From the NCBI RefSeq assembly GCF_022539665.2, contig NC_081331.1, positions 7,936,001 to 8,000,000 of the forward strand: 64,000 nucleotides of DNA. The letters run 5' to 3'. This DNA comes from Daphnia carinata. Lineage: Eukaryota. How positions within the stretch are numbered: position 1 is the first letter of the stretch; each line of letters begins with the position of its first letter. The notes below the pieces were generated by a model. That model was given only the letters and a program-made list of their open reading frames with translations, had not been told where the DNA came from and made no database searches. Both the position numbers and the translations under genes were made by a program. Positions 13,124 to 30,366 of the stretch are shown one piece after another.

Positions 13124-14131
13124 AAAGTCAAGCAATGTGCATTAGAGTTGCATGTTTCATTAAAATTAAATGGTCAATTAGAAAGCAAGGTATCCGAATG
13201 ACTACATTTCAATTAAAGAATGATGAACTGTTTGAAAGTTTAAAAAAATGCTGTCACTGTTTAAGTGAAAATATGCAATTTCAGTGGGAAATAGTCTTGT
13301 CAAATAATATTTTTCGATTCTTTAAAACTTGAATAACAGTAATAACGAATCGTAATAACAATTATATCTAAGTTTAAAATGATTTACGGAGAAACGCTGC
13401 TTGACTCGAGTATTTCTTGATTGTATGAGTTTCATCTAGTTATAAACAGGTATTTAACGTAAGGACGGGAAACTTTTTTGCTGTCTTGTATTTCTTTCTT
13501 ACCGCCGTTTCGGATCATTTTGATACAACCACTGAAGCGATTTGCTTGACGATTTGGTTCGTGTTTTCTTTGTTATTGCAGCAAAAGCGGATTACAAAAT
13601 GGAGAGGTGACCAGAACCGACTTCGTTTTTTTTCCTTTTTCGTTTTTTTTTTTTTTCCTTTTTCGTTTTTCCGACCTGCAAGTTGCCTGTGGTGGCAATA
13701 ACGCTTTTAGTGTCGAAATAAACAATTGCCGTAGTACAAAATAGAGTTCAGAAAACGTTGTGTATTTGTAAAAAACACAAAAATAGAAAACAGGAATTTT
13801 TGAATTTTTTACAAAAAAGACAAAACAAACATGGAAAAATCATGGAACATGGACATTTTTTTCTAAGCCGAAAAGCAAGCATCACAACATACACAGCCAC
13901 GTTACACGACAACAGAAATCTAAAGCTTGTTTTTTTTTTTTGTTTTTTTTTTCATTCGATTGTTTTTCGGAATTCGATCCTCCTCAAACATCTTGCAGAT
14001 GCCAATGAAATAATTTAACTATTTTTTGCGGCATTCAGCCACACGAAAAATTGCCTAAATATTGCGTGCCATTTCAAAAGGGCTTCGGCTTTAAAATATT
14101 TTAAGGACGCAATTTAGAAAAGAGGAAAAAG

Positions 14132-14179
<48 letters not shown>

Positions 14180-14339
14180 AACGTAAATACACCAACAGGG
14201 ACACATTTTCATTACCAGCTGTTACATTGGTGGCTTAATCAAATGCGACTCCCGTACTAAGAAAACAAAGTTTAATTTAAAATTCAACAGTTCCTCGTTA
14301 AACTTAACACTGAGATTCCATGATTGTTAACTTGATAGT

Positions 14340-18801
<4,462 letters not shown>

Positions 18802-19987
18802 AATGTAGCCTTATTTCTTAATTATCGTTCTTATTCAAAATTTCTTTGGCTAGAAAAAGCACTTGGTCCATCAAAACGCAAGAAACATATAAGGTGAGTT
18901 CAGCTCACGAGCTGAAAGGTTTTGACCTGTTCTTGACCGTTTTGACTGGTCTTCAGTGGTATCCGGCGTTGCCGGTATTACTTGTAACAAAAAGTAAATA
19001 AATAAATAAATAAAAAATCAAACACGATTTGCTAATGGCTGTTAAAACATTCGACTATTTCACTTATAATTATTGTATTATTTTTTATTTCTTTTAGCTA
19101 TCGTGAATATATCTTATTGCATAGAACTGCAAACTGCACCCTTTATGCATAGTAAATAGACGTGTATTTTCTCTTTTCATCACGACGGCATCAAAGGAAA
19201 AAAAACGATTGAACAATAACCAAACGGAGAAGATGTATTCATATAGCGAGCTGCACTTTCTTGTATGACCATCAAATAACATATATATACTATATATATA
19301 TATATTTATTTATATATATGCGTGGGGTGCACTGGCGGCGGCAAAGGGAAGTTTATCAAATGTATGGCAGCAGCCCACGGCAGCCGCAGAATTATATCCG
19401 CAAAGGCACGTGATTATCATCGACATAAATCATCAAAACCAAGGCACACGGTCATAATGCACATGCAATAAATCAAAGAAACATGAAGGACGACACGGTG
19501 TAATTATTTCAAAACAATAAACGTCTTGTTTTCGCTTTTCTTCGTTCTTCCTTCAGTCGGCTGTTATTTCCGTTTTTAGGTCGGAACTTGACAGTTCCAG
19601 TCGAACCATTGCTTAAAAGAAAAAGAAAGAAAACAGCCAAACAACCGAGAACACGTGATGCAGAAGAAACAATCAAATTTTCACTGGTGCGCTGCGGGAA
19701 GTGTGTTTGTTATAGAGATAAGAGCTGCCTGAATGATAATCAATCCTTTGGGACGTTCGAAACAAGTGAAAGACACTCGAACTCGGTGTAGCACTCGTCA
19801 AAGTTATTTTTTTTTAAATACCGACTGCTCTATCCCCTCCCCCCTCCAAGACGAAGTACAAAATGATACAATTCACTGTGTCACTATAGCCGAGTGTTTA
19901 CGCATTCACTTATTGATCAAAGTTTTCATTTTTGTAACGCAACGATCAACGAATTTGGCCGATCCAAATCCACCGAAAAATCCGATC

Positions 19988-20436
19988 CATCGTCTCACAA
20001 TCTTGTTCTTTCGCAAACTGTTCAGCGGAGCCTTTAAGCCAACGCTTCTATCACGTAATGCGGACGCATTTTGGATTGCAGTTGGCGCCAAAACGGTCAA
20101 CCATCTACCGGACGTTTGACGCAAAAACCCAAGTTCACTGAAAAGTTGAACTAGAAGTTGATGCCATAATGGACATGGGCGTGAGGTTAACATTGAAAAA
20201 TTAAATTAAGTTTTATTATGTTTTGGTTTCAGATTTTGTATTTAGAATTCCCGAAGTGCAATTGGACGATTAATCCTTTTACTTTTTTAGATACTAGACA
20301 AATAAGCACAATACATAATACGAAGTACGAATATGAAAGATCCTTACATCCAGACCCTACATGACAGTGGCTTACATTCCCTATGCCTACATCAGGATAA
20401 GGATGAACACTCGCGCGTTAGAATTGGAATATAATC
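19988..20436. repeat. 450-bp copy of the segment immediately upstream of POLR3B (53371-53820)
   Basis: Near-identical from CATCGTCTCACAATC to GAATTGGAATATAATC. Confidence 0.95.
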
Positions 20437-21416
20437 CTAATGATAGTATTGAATAAGAATAAAAAAGCGAAACGAAAAACACAACAACTTAAACGATAAT
20501 CTGGGAATGAAATCCCAAAACGAATGCTGACCTATTGAAGCTAAAAGGTTCATTGAAGGATTTATCACCAAGTCTATTGAAGTTGTCCATCATGACTACT
20601 GCTGGCGATGACTGAGGCAACGGAAGGTCAAATTTGGCTTCGATTTCCCTTAAACTAGGCGGAATGATGACCTCAGCGTGAGTTTCCGAGTATTCTTCCT
20701 CTGCATAAATATTGGCAGCGGTGCCCAAAAGAAGAATAATCAATCCGCACACGAACAGTACCTAACGCACGGAGAATTCTTTAGTTATTGCGAGTGACAA
20801 AATTCTTCGAAGACCCACTTTGGCAATCCAGCGTTCACCAGAAGTCGATGGGACAACTTGCAGATAAATCCACGCAGGCGCAACACAACAAACTGCCGTT
20901 CCTGAAGTGGCACCCACCAGACCTAAAACGAACTCGACATTCGGAATGCAGATACCAACAGACACCAATCGACATTTATATTTTCTTTTTCATCTTATTG
21001 TACTAGATTTCAATAAACTTTACCTATTATTAAGGTTGCCGTGACGATTATGAATGTCAGGATTTTGAAACGGAAATCCGAAAGTGAGCCGGTTGTTCCT
21101 CCTGACATCCCGCCACTAGTTTCAGACGTCTGAAGGGATTCCTCAACTTAAAAAACAAACAAAAGCAAACACTTTGGCATAACGATTACATCATCAATGA
21201 ATTAACGCTTTACCTTTCCATACACTAATGAATGAAAGCTTGTCCTGCAGGGCAAAACACACGACGGAAAGCTCAAGATAATCGATAGCAGGAATCCCAC
21301 TTTCATAAGGTCAGTTACAAAAGACGGCGCAAAACTTATGAGGATATTGCCTAGTCGAGACAAAATATGACCCAATGAAATTCGTCCGATTTTCCTAGGC
21401 AAAAAGTTTACAATAT

Positions 21417-21859
21417 TGTTACGTTTCAGTCCGATTGATTGTCTGTATTACTTAGAATATAAGTACTAACACAAATAGCGAGCCTAGTCGGACGTCTTGA
21501 CCGACGTCCTGCTCTGTCTTTCTTGGTTTTCCTGTACCAAAACCAGGTACAACCAATAAACAACAAAACCAGCAACATACATACCCGGACGATCTGTACA
21601 GCATAATTCATCAGACCGTCCGTCCCAACAACATAGATACCCGGACGGTCTGAACACTCACAATACAAAAGAATAGGATAACAATAATAACATAGCTTTA
21701 GTCTTACGGTTTAGAGAACACTTTGGGGCTCCTAGACTACACACTACACTACCTCAGAACTAACTAACTCTTCCCTCAGTCTTCCTCAATTCCCTCTCCG
21801 TTTCCTTTGAGACGGAAGCTATGCGTTGACATCGTCGGTTAGTCGACGATTCCGCAACA
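21417..21859. mobile_element. Solo LTR (443 bp), Ty3/Gypsy-type
   Basis: TGTTACG...CGCAACA termini; 4-bp TSD ATAT (21413-16/21860-63); empty site TTTACAATATGTTGAC in copy 1 (~2128-2143). Confidence 0.9.
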
Positions 21860-22625
21860 ATATGTTGACTTGCCAGTAAAATGCGTATCCGCAAAGGCTA
21901 GGTAGCCAGCTATTCCTACCCCCATGTACATAAAAGTGCACAAATCAATGGCTGTCGATATTACTCGATCCATTGCTTTTAGGGAAGGTTCTGGTATACT
22001 TCGAACACCTGCCTATGCATTTAAAAAGCTGATCATTAAATCTGGCATTCTCCTTGTCAATTTAAATATTTCCACTCACGTTTGGCATCATAAAGCCATG
22101 GAAAATATCGGTACGCATTGGAGTACACCCCCCATTTTCCATACTTCAATATTTGAAGACATTCCTTCGGTTAGGCTCTGGACACCAGCCTCAAAGAAGG
22201 ACTGAAAAAGAAAAAAAAATCTGTCATAACTGCACTGTTATTTTGGTAGCATACTTCATGTAGAAGGATGCATAAAACATAATTAAGGGCAGAGAATCAT
22301 GTACATGCTTTCAAAACCAATAACATGTACTACATAGCCACAGAAACTGTTGACACTACATCCAATGTTTCAATATCTCTCAAGAGGCACAGAGGTATAT
22401 GATGAACATGCTATTTCCTGTGTATGATTAAGTTATATATTTTAGAACCTTATTGTAATGTTTGATACAGCCACCAGATAGCGCTGTTGCTATGTGGGGG
22501 GACTAGAGACGAATACAGTACGTGATAGCCAGCCAAGGAGCATGGTCACAACCTATCCGCCTAATCTAAATTGAATCATTGGCATCCGACTAGTTGCTGG
22601 ATTGATATAACACAGGACATTACAT

Positions 22626-22636
22626 TGGCGACGAGG
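22626..22636 (+). promoter_or_regulatory. Primer-binding site, probably tRNA-Ser(GCU)
   Basis: TGGCGACGAGG one base after the 5' LTR, complementary to a ...CCUCGUCGCCA tRNA 3' end. Confidence 0.75.
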
Positions 22637-22698
22637 TGAAAGTGTATAAAAGGAAAACAGTGAAAATAGTGCTTCTGGAATAAACTAAGCCCACTGAA

Positions 22699-23447
22699 AT
22701 GGCATTCGCATTACCAGCCTTCGAAAGTTTCTCCATTAGTGACGACCCTCAAAACGTTGGCGCACGTTGGAAGAAATGGGTGTCCAGGTTCGAGACAATG
22801 CTCTTGGCCATGAACATTGTAGAAGAGGACTAATACAAACGCACAGAAAGCAGCAATCGACAAACGACGACTCACCCTGATGCTGCACTACGCCGGATCT
22901 GAAGTGGCCGACATGTATGACACCCTATCGGGCGAAGACGAAGACAAAGAATCATACTCAAAAACGAAGCCCTTGCTGCAAACTTACTTCCAGCCTAAAC
23001 AGAACATTGAGCTTGAAGTATACAAGTTCAGGAAACTGCGACAGGAAGATGGTGAAACAATGGACGCTTATGTCACCAGGCTTCGCAAGCAAGCAACACT
23101 CTGTGATTTCCCAGACGACGATCGTGAAATCAAGTTTCAAGTCATCCAAGGATGCCTGTCAAGCTCATTTAGGAAGGTCTGTCTACGTGATCAGCTGTCC
23201 CTGAGTAAGATGCTAGAACACTCTAGATCAGCCGAAGCAGCTAATCACTATGAGGAAAACATAGAGAAATACAACCAGAAGTCCGCAAACGCAATGAAAC
23301 ACACAAAAAAATTATCCACAACGAAGAAAAACTTCTTGGCAAGCACCACTTCAGAGCAAAGAAACTGGCAAATGTTGGGATTGCGGGGAAGAGTGGCCAC
23401 ACAAAAACAGAATCTGCCCAAGCAAAAATGTATGTTGGAACTGCGGA
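22699..23447 (+). pseudogene. gag: gag of the Mag-like element (two +1 frameshifts)
   Basis: MAFALPAFESF...RWKKWVSRFE (ATG 22699), then YKFRKLRQEDGETMDAYVTRLRKQATLCDF; frame changes near 22831 and between ~23296 and ~23360. Confidence 0.85.
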
Positions 23448-26400
23448 ATGAAATTCCCACACGCGGATGGAGTACAATGTCCAGCTATAGGCAAAATATG
23501 CACAAAATGCAACAAGCCAAATCATTTTGCGAAAATGTGCAGAAGCTCCAATCAGTGCAACCCCTCAAGTGGCACACAGGAGATAAAAGAAATCACACAA
23601 AAGCTACAGAACCAAGCGATAAACTCTTCCGACGAATCAAGCGATGAGTCGGTGTTTTCCGTCTGCGCCATCAACAACCAGAAGAGACCGATGACGTCAA
23701 TACAGGTCGGCGAAACCAAAATCGCAATGATGATCGACACAGGATCGACATGTAACATGATCGGGTTGAAAACATTTAAAAAATTAAATCCGAGGCCCGT
23801 TCTGAAACCAACCAACACAGTGATCAATGCGTACGGAAACAAACCGCTTGATATTAAAGGGAAATTCTCAACAATCATCAGGTCCAAGCATGCAGAGTCG
23901 AAAGTTACGGTGTACGTAAGCGCTGAGAACAATGCCGACAACCTACTGAGTTGTGAAACTGCCAAAGACCTGAAGCTCGTCAAAATCATAAACACAACTC
24001 ATACACAAGCCAGATACGAACAGCTAAAATGCGAATTTACCTCACTCTTCAAAGGCACTGGCAAAATGAAGAATTACACCGTGAAACTACACATCGACCC
24101 ATCGGTTCCTCCAGTCACGCAGAAACACCGGCGTGTTGGGTTCCATCTCAGGAAAGCCGTCGAGGAGGAGATTCAAAAGCTTTTGCAAGAAAATATCATC
24201 GAACCAGTTACGGAAGGTCCAACCCCATGGGTATCACCCTGTATTGTGGTTCCAAAACCAAAGCAGCCCGGCAAGTTTCGTGTGTGCGTAGACATGCGCG
24301 CTCCAAACAAGGCAATAATGCGCACCCGCCACGTCATTCCCACCATCGAAGACCTCGTGGTCGATTTAAATGGAGCCAAATTCTTTTCAAAGCTCGACAT
24401 GAACCAAGGTTACCATCAGTTAGAGCTCATGCCGGAATCTCGTTTCATCACAACTTTCGCTAGCCATCGTGGACTGTTCCGCTACAAGAGACTTAACTTT
24501 GGCATAAACTGCGCCGCAGAAATCTTCGACGATGTCATAAGGCAAATAATTAGTGGCATTCCCGGTGTCGTCAACCGCAGCGACGACATACTCGTGACCG
24601 GAAGATCCAGAGGTGAACATGACCAGAATCTTCGGGAAGTGCTACGAAGGCTCCAGGAGCGCAACCTCACCCTCAACTTTGGAAAATGTGAGTTCGGGAA
24701 CAGGGAAGTCACGTATTTTGGTCTTCACCTTAGCGAAGACGGGATCGCCCCTGACAAAGCCAAGGTTCAGGCTATCGACGAAGCCGCCCCTCCATCTGGA
24801 CCGGACGAGGTATCAAGTTTCCTCGGCATGATTACATTCTGCAGTAGGTTCATAGCGGACGCTGCAAGCATCAGTGAACCTTTGAGAAAACTCACCCACA
24901 AGAAAACCGAATGGGCATGGAGTACCAAAGAACAAACAGCATTTCAGGAGCTCAAGAACCGTCTAAAGAATGCAGTAACGCTGGCGTACTACGACGTAAA
25001 AAAATCGACTTCTTTAATTGTTGACGCCAGCCCAACCGGGCTTGGTGCGATCCTAGCGCAAACATCAAAAGACGCCAGTCAAACCCCAGTCGCGTTCGCC
25101 AGCAGACGTTTAACCGACGTCGAATCTCGCTACTCCCAAACAGAGCGCGAAGCTCTCGCTATCACCTTGGCAATACTGCATTTTCATTTGTATCTCATAG
25201 GTACCAAGTTCTCAGTAATAACGGACCATAAGCCACTGGAAACCATTTTCAACAAACCGTTGATTCAACCTCCAGCCCGAATTGAAAGATGGTTACTCAA
25301 GCTTCAGCAATACGAGTTTGAAGTCAAGTATCAACCCGGTAAGAACAACCCGGCTGACTTCATCTCACGCCATCCAGCCCATCAGAACAGGACCCCGTCA
25401 AGAGAAGAAGTAATCGCTGAGAACTATGTCAACCACATCGCAATGACGTCAGCACCAAAAGCCGTTACCATCAAGGAAGTGGCAGAAGCTACCGCACGAG
25501 ACAAAGCGATCCAGGCCATAGCTAACATACTTGATCGCAAACGTGACACCAAACAAGAAAACCTAACGCCTGATGAGTCCGAGCGCGTCAGAGCATTCAA
25601 ACTTGTCCTGAACCAACTGTCACGAGTACAATCCACTGAAGGTCTACTACTGCTTAAGGGTTCGAAGCTGGTCATTCCCCAAGAGCTCACTGATCGCGTA
25701 ATAAAGACAGCGCACCAATGTCATCCGGGAATTGTGAAGACGAAAAGCCTGATCAGAGAAAAAGTGTGGTTCCCTGGAATAGACAAGCTGGTCGAAATAA
25801 GGATTAGCTCTTGCATCCCATGCATGGCAGCCAACCCAACTGTGCGACCTGAACCTCTGCTGATGTCACAGCTCCCGTCCGGGCCATGGACCGAGATCAG
25901 CGTGGATTTTGCACAATTGCCCGATAACAATTATCTTCTTGTAATCTATGACGATTACTCACGTTACCCGGTCATACAAAAAGTCTCCAGCACATCGGCG
26001 AACGCCGTAATCCCCAGATTGAAAGAGGTTTTCGCCATGTTTGGCATCCCAACAACACTCAAAAGTGACAACGGTCCACCATTCTCGAGCAAGAATATGA
26101 AGGACTTCGCGGAGGAATTCAACTTTCAACATCGCAAAGTCACCCCTCTGTGGCCACAAGCTAACGGTGGCGTCGAACGTTTTATGAAGACCCTGAAGAA
26201 AACAATCCGGTGTTTGGCCGGCGAAGGTTTGTCATGGAAAGAGAACATCTCTACATTCCTTTTAAACTATCGGGCAACACCCCACTCAACAACAGGAGTA
26301 CCACCTGCAACCGCGTTATTTGGCCGGCCGCTAAGAACACGGATTCCAGAATTCACCAACTCTAACGCAACAGACGACAAAATCCGCCTGAAAGATGCCC

Positions 26401-26873
26401 AACAAAAAGCGAACATGAAAAAACACGCAGACAAGCACGCTCAACTCCGTGTATTCAACTTAGGCGACAAGGTTCTTCTCCGAAAAGACAGCGTCCGCAA
26501 CAAGATTGACCCTCCCTTCCATCCGGAAATCTACACTGTAGTCGCTGTCAAAGGAAACATGATCACAGCAAGCCGCGGGACCCACACAGTCACTCGAAAC
26601 ATTTTTTACTTCAAAGAAGTAACCGGAACAGTCGGAAGCCCAGACGTTCATTGCAACCCCGAAGAAGACGAAGAACTTGATCAGCAAAATCAGCATAACG
26701 AAAATCTTTTAGGAAATGTGCCGAGCAACGACAGGGAGAGAACAGAACCGGAAAGCCCTGTTGACTTCAACACTCCAGATCCAGGAGAACACATCGGTCA
26801 CCAAAGGCCAACCGGTCGCCCCAGACGCAACTGTAACCTCCCGAAGAGATTCGAAGATTACGAAGTCAACTAG
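23448..26873 (+). CDS. pol: Gag C-terminus/Pol polyprotein (protease, RT, RNase H, integrase), uninterrupted
   Basis: IDTGS; PWVSP/RVCVDMR/SDDILV; VDAS, YSQTEREALA, TDHKPL; H-H-C-C, VDF, SDNGPPF, NGGVER. Confidence 0.95.
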   Translation: MKFPHADGVQCPAIGKICTKCNKPNHFAKMCRSSNQCNPSSGTQEIKEITQKLQNQAINSSDESSDESVFSVCAINNQKRPMTSIQVGETKIAMMIDTGSTCNMIGLKTFKKLNPRPVLKPTNTVINAYGNKPLDIKGKFSTIIRSKHAESKVTVYVSAENNADNLLSCETAKDLKLVKIINTTHTQARYEQLKCEFTSLFKGTGKMKNYTVKLHIDPSVPPVTQKHRRVGFHLRKAVEEEIQKLLQENIIEPVTEGPTPWVSPCIVVPKPKQPGKFRVCVDMRAPNKAIMRTRHVIPTIEDLVVDLNGAKFFSKLDMNQGYHQLELMPESRFITTFASHRGLFRYKRLNFGINCAAEIFDDVIRQIISGIPGVVNRSDDILVTGRSRGEHDQNLREVLRRLQERNLTLNFGKCEFGNREVTYFGLHLSEDGIAPDKAKVQAIDEAAPPSGPDEVSSFLGMITFCSRFIADAASISEPLRKLTHKKTEWAWSTKEQTAFQELKNRLKNAVTLAYYDVKKSTSLIVDASPTGLGAILAQTSKDASQTPVAFASRRLTDVESRYSQTEREALAITLAILHFHLYLIGTKFSVITDHKPLETIFNKPLIQPPARIERWLLKLQQYEFEVKYQPGKNNPADFISRHPAHQNRTPSREEVIAENYVNHIAMTSAPKAVTIKEVAEATARDKAIQAIANILDRKRDTKQENLTPDESERVRAFKLVLNQLSRVQSTEGLLLLKGSKLVIPQELTDRVIKTAHQCHPGIVKTKSLIREKVWFPGIDKLVEIRISSCIPCMAANPTVRPEPLLMSQLPSGPWTEISVDFAQLPDNNYLLVIYDDYSRYPVIQKVSSTSANAVIPRLKEVFAMFGIPTTLKSDNGPPFSSKNMKDFAEEFNFQHRKVTPLWPQANGGVERFMKTLKKTIRCLAGEGLSWKENISTFLLNYRATPHSTTGVPPATALFGRPLRTRIPEFTNSNATDDKIRLKDAQQKANMKKHADKHAQLRVFNLGDKVLLRKDSVRNKIDPPFHPEIYTVVAVKGNMITASRGTHTVTRNIFYFKEVTGTVGSPDVHCNPEEDEELDQQNQHNENLLGNVPSNDRERTEPESPVDFNTPDPGEHIGHQRPTGRPRRNCNLPKRFEDYEVN

Positions 26874-27031
26874 CAACCGAAAACCATTGATTCGCTCATG
26901 TAGCTGTGTTCTCTACCTGTTGTCAAATTTCGTATCACAATTTTTTTCTTGTCGTAATGTATGACTATTCTTGCAACTCAGTGCTACCCTCGTAACGCAG
27001 TCAACCTAGAAATTTTGGTCATCCATCCATG

Positions 27032-27468
27032 CAGACTTGCCGCGCCGATCAATTTTCCGATCGCGATCTCCGATCCGATCTTTTGAATTTGATCGGATCG
27101 GCGATCAAATTTTGCCGATCATTTTTAGCGATCATTTTTGTGCAGCATCTAACGGTAAAAATTTACACTGTTTCGCGAAAATAGCATTGGCTGTCACAGC
27201 GACAGTCACTGGCGGCCATTGAGGGTGAACACTAAACAGTTTCCTTCAATTGGCATTCGCATAAATAGCAGTGAAATAGAACCCTGCGGCTGAAAATCTA
27301 CAGCTAGATGGCGAAAAGTTTGATCGCTAAAAACGATCGGATCGCGATCAATTTTTTGGGATCGCCGACCCGATCTCCGATCTTTTTCAAAAGATCGGAT
27401 CGGCGATCAATTTTTTGATCGGAGATCGGATCGGCGATCAATTTTTGATCGCGATCGCGGCAAGTCTG
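27032..27468. mobile_element. hAT-type MITE (437 bp) nested in the retrotransposon 3' UTR
   Basis: 13-bp TIR CAGACTTGCCGCG/CGCGGCAAGTCTG; 8-bp TSD CATCCATG (27024-31/27469-76); dense subterminal GATCG/CGATC repeats. Confidence 0.93.
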
Positions 27469-28625
27469 CATCCATGTGATACAGAGTATGTGTCCTTTTT
27501 CTTTGTGTTTTCATTTGTTAAAGGTTGGATGTGATGTAATGTTTGATACAGCCACCAGATAGCGCTGTTGCTATGTGGGGAGACTAGAGACGAATACAGT
27601 ACGTGATAGCCAGCCAAGGAGCATGGTCACAACCTATCCGCCTAATCTAAATTGAATCATTGGCATCCGACTAGTTGCTGGATTGATATAACACAGGACA
27701 TTACACTTATGGTAATAATATCACTGGCATCCAGTAGAGAGCTTACCTGCCATAAGAATAAGTATTCGTGCTGACTGCAAGGAGTAATTTACACCTATTT
27801 TGATTAATATTTCTGGACCGAGATCGCCAAGTACAACCAGATAGGCAATGCAGCAGCCCAGCTAATGGCTATTTCCTCATTTCGCCCTTAGATTTTTATA
27901 TGTTAAGGAAATGCTTAAATATTCGGCAGAGATAGGAGTTTCGGTTTGACAGTTTTTATTTTAATTATTGAAAAAATAGGCAAAAAGGTTGCGCTAAGCA
28001 CTTGACTGACATACTAGTATCCTCCAGACCTGCCCCGATGGAGATCATATTGCTGTACTATATGATCCCCATCTCGCATCAGCTGATAGCTCTTACATCT
28101 CTATTCAGTTCTGCATTGGAATGGGGGGCCAATGATTGGTGGACCAATCATTGTGGGTGCCATCATCATCATACCAACGCTTGACGTTTCGAGTTGTAAT
28201 TGCTTACAGACTCTTGGTACTAGTTCCCAACATTGGGAGTGTACCATACCCAGTCATTGTTCAAGTGCCGCTACGTTAAAGATGTTCACGCAACTATTAT
28301 ATACCGTGAATGACGACCCCAAACCATGTTGATAACGCTAGCGGGCATTTTCCGTCTTAAACTAATTCTCATTTAAATTCAGTGAAACTATTGCACAATG
28401 TAATAAATGAACTGTATTCAGAAAATAGTGATAAACAACATCCAAGGTAATTATAAACAAAACACTTGAGTAAATGTCTAAAATTTTCAATTATTATGTA
28501 GCACTCACGAATTAGGGCGTGGCATCACGCACCGTTAATGACATGCAAGAATACTCCATATCACCTTGCGGCCGATTTTGGCACTAGTGCATTCATGCAT
28601 TGGCTTGGTGCTATTCTAGTTGTGA

Positions 28626-29562
28626 CGAGTTCGAACCCCCTAGAAGAGCAGTTGGTGGAACTCACCGAACGTGAAGTGGCCGAAGTGCCCGTAATTTCAG
28701 TCCTCTAACGGCACGAATCTCGAAAATCGGAAGGCGAAAAATCTGTCCAGGAAGAAGCTTTCGTTTCCGAAAACGCATATACTTACGAAGCTACAGTAAT
28801 TGAAATTGTGGAGCCCCAATCACCTGGCCTCGTTCAGCCGGAATATTTCGATCCAACACCCGCTGATCCATGCCAAGACATCATTACGGTTGCAATCCAA
28901 TCATCTCGAAACTCTTCCGAGTTGACACTATCCCTTGAAAATGAGAAACCTGCCAGGAAGAAGTCGGTTATCTCTTGCGGGAATGCTAGCAAAGAGGATC
29001 TAGAGGTGGAGGAACTCAAACCATTCTTACCTTTAAAAACTAAAGTGAAATGCCCGTCGCCTGGGTACGACATACCTCGCAGCAGCACCATCTCTGTGCC
29101 CTGTTTCGAAGAAATCGAACGCGCAGTAAATCCGGAGGACGTGATTGAATATTTTTGTGTTGCTGCTGACGACGATCCAAAGGCAGTCGAGGAGCCGGAG
29201 GAACCAGAACCTTTCAAGAAGGCTGACGAGTTGAAACCAGAGGCACCAGAATCTTCCAAGAAGGCTGACGAGTTGAAACGGAGGAACCAGAGTCTTCCGA
29301 GAAGGCTGACGAGTCGAAACCGGATGTGCTGGCTGAAGATTGCAATGCATCGCAAACCAATCGTAAAAGCGTCCGCAAACTAACTCCATTGATCCAGATT
29401 TTCGATCAAGGTTCAAATCCGAAGGCGCCGGACGCTACGTCATTGAGGCATTCCTTTAGTAATACTACAGCTTTCGAAAAAAGAATTAGTTTTGCTCAGG
29501 CGGAAACTGAAACAGTCCAAGAAGAGGTGGTACAAATTCTTGCATCCGATCCGTTGGAATAA
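28626..29562 (+). pseudogene. 3' fragment of an unknown Glu/Pro-rich gene with ~3 x 42-bp repeats (EEPESSKKADELKP)
   Basis: Starts exactly where block A ends; ORFs 28808-29383 and 29326-29562 are linked by a frameshift in the repeats (~29198-29325); AATAAA follows. Confidence 0.45.
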
Positions 29563-30366
29563 CACATTTGCTGGACAGATGTTTGCGCTTTAGCATTCAC
29601 CGCACCATTCCTACTTGTTTTTTGTTTTTCTAATTTATGCTCTCGTTTCATTTCTATCAAATAAACAGAATTAATAAACTCGTAATTAATTTGAAATGAC
29701 AGTGAAAGTGTCCTTTGAAACCCAATATGTTGGATGTTTAACAGAATCACTCCAAGTAACGGTGGCCACGACAAATCCAATTCCGTAGAACTTTTGTTTT
29801 AGGGAGGAATGAGTTTTAAATTGAAAGTGCGAAGACATTCGATTGTCATCAAGATGTGCAATAACAAAAGAAAATATTCGATCTAGTTGTCGTTACATCT
29901 ATGTTATTTCATCTTTCATCGTGCAATACATTTTTCCCCGTTTTAAAACAACTTTTCTAAGTTAACGAATCACAACACTAGATTAACTAAGTGGTAGCAA
30001 AGCAAGGTTTTTTAAAGAAAGCTTTTCGTTACAGGAGATGGCAGTGAACTAGGAAGACATCAGCGAATTTTTACTGATAATTGTTTAAAAAGGATGGAAG
30101 TGCAAAATAACTACGGGAGTTGCATTTTTTTTTTTTGCAACTGTCGAAGTTCAAATCGATTAGTTTTAAGATAACGAAGAAAAAATAATTTGGTAGTTTC
30201 AACAACCAAAGTGTTTTATAAAAAAAAAAGCAATTGCTATTCCTCATTACTTGCGTTCTAAATTTAAACCCATGCTTAGAACATGCAATTGTTTCCAAAT
30301 TAAGAAGTTGAAACGAAAAGAAAAAAGAGATAAAAAAGGGAGGCAAATAAGAAAATGAATTCATGC

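Larger units (their letters stand above)
22454..27705 (+). mobile_element. Full-length Ty3/Gypsy LTR retrotransposon, Mag-like
   Basis: 171-bp LTRs (22454-22624, 27535-27705; 1 mismatch), TG..CA ends, 5-bp TSD CTTAT, PR-RT-RH-IN order; empty site at ~2721-2725. Confidence 0.97.
20489..27861 (-). pseudogene. SLC38A10: SLC38A10-like pseudogene copy 2, interrupted by a solo LTR and a Ty3/Gypsy element
   Basis: Near-identical to 1210-2876 apart from insertions at 21417-21859 and 22454-27705. Confidence 0.75.

Noticed and set aside
14132..14177. A46 tract as a retrocopy tail
   Set aside because: Neighbouring genes retain introns, it is on the wrong strand for POLR3A, and no TSD is visible.
23552..26696. 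Antisense and alternate-frame ORFs over pol (likewise over env, ZNFX1 and the Pol III genes)
   Set aside because: Shadows of real coding sequence.
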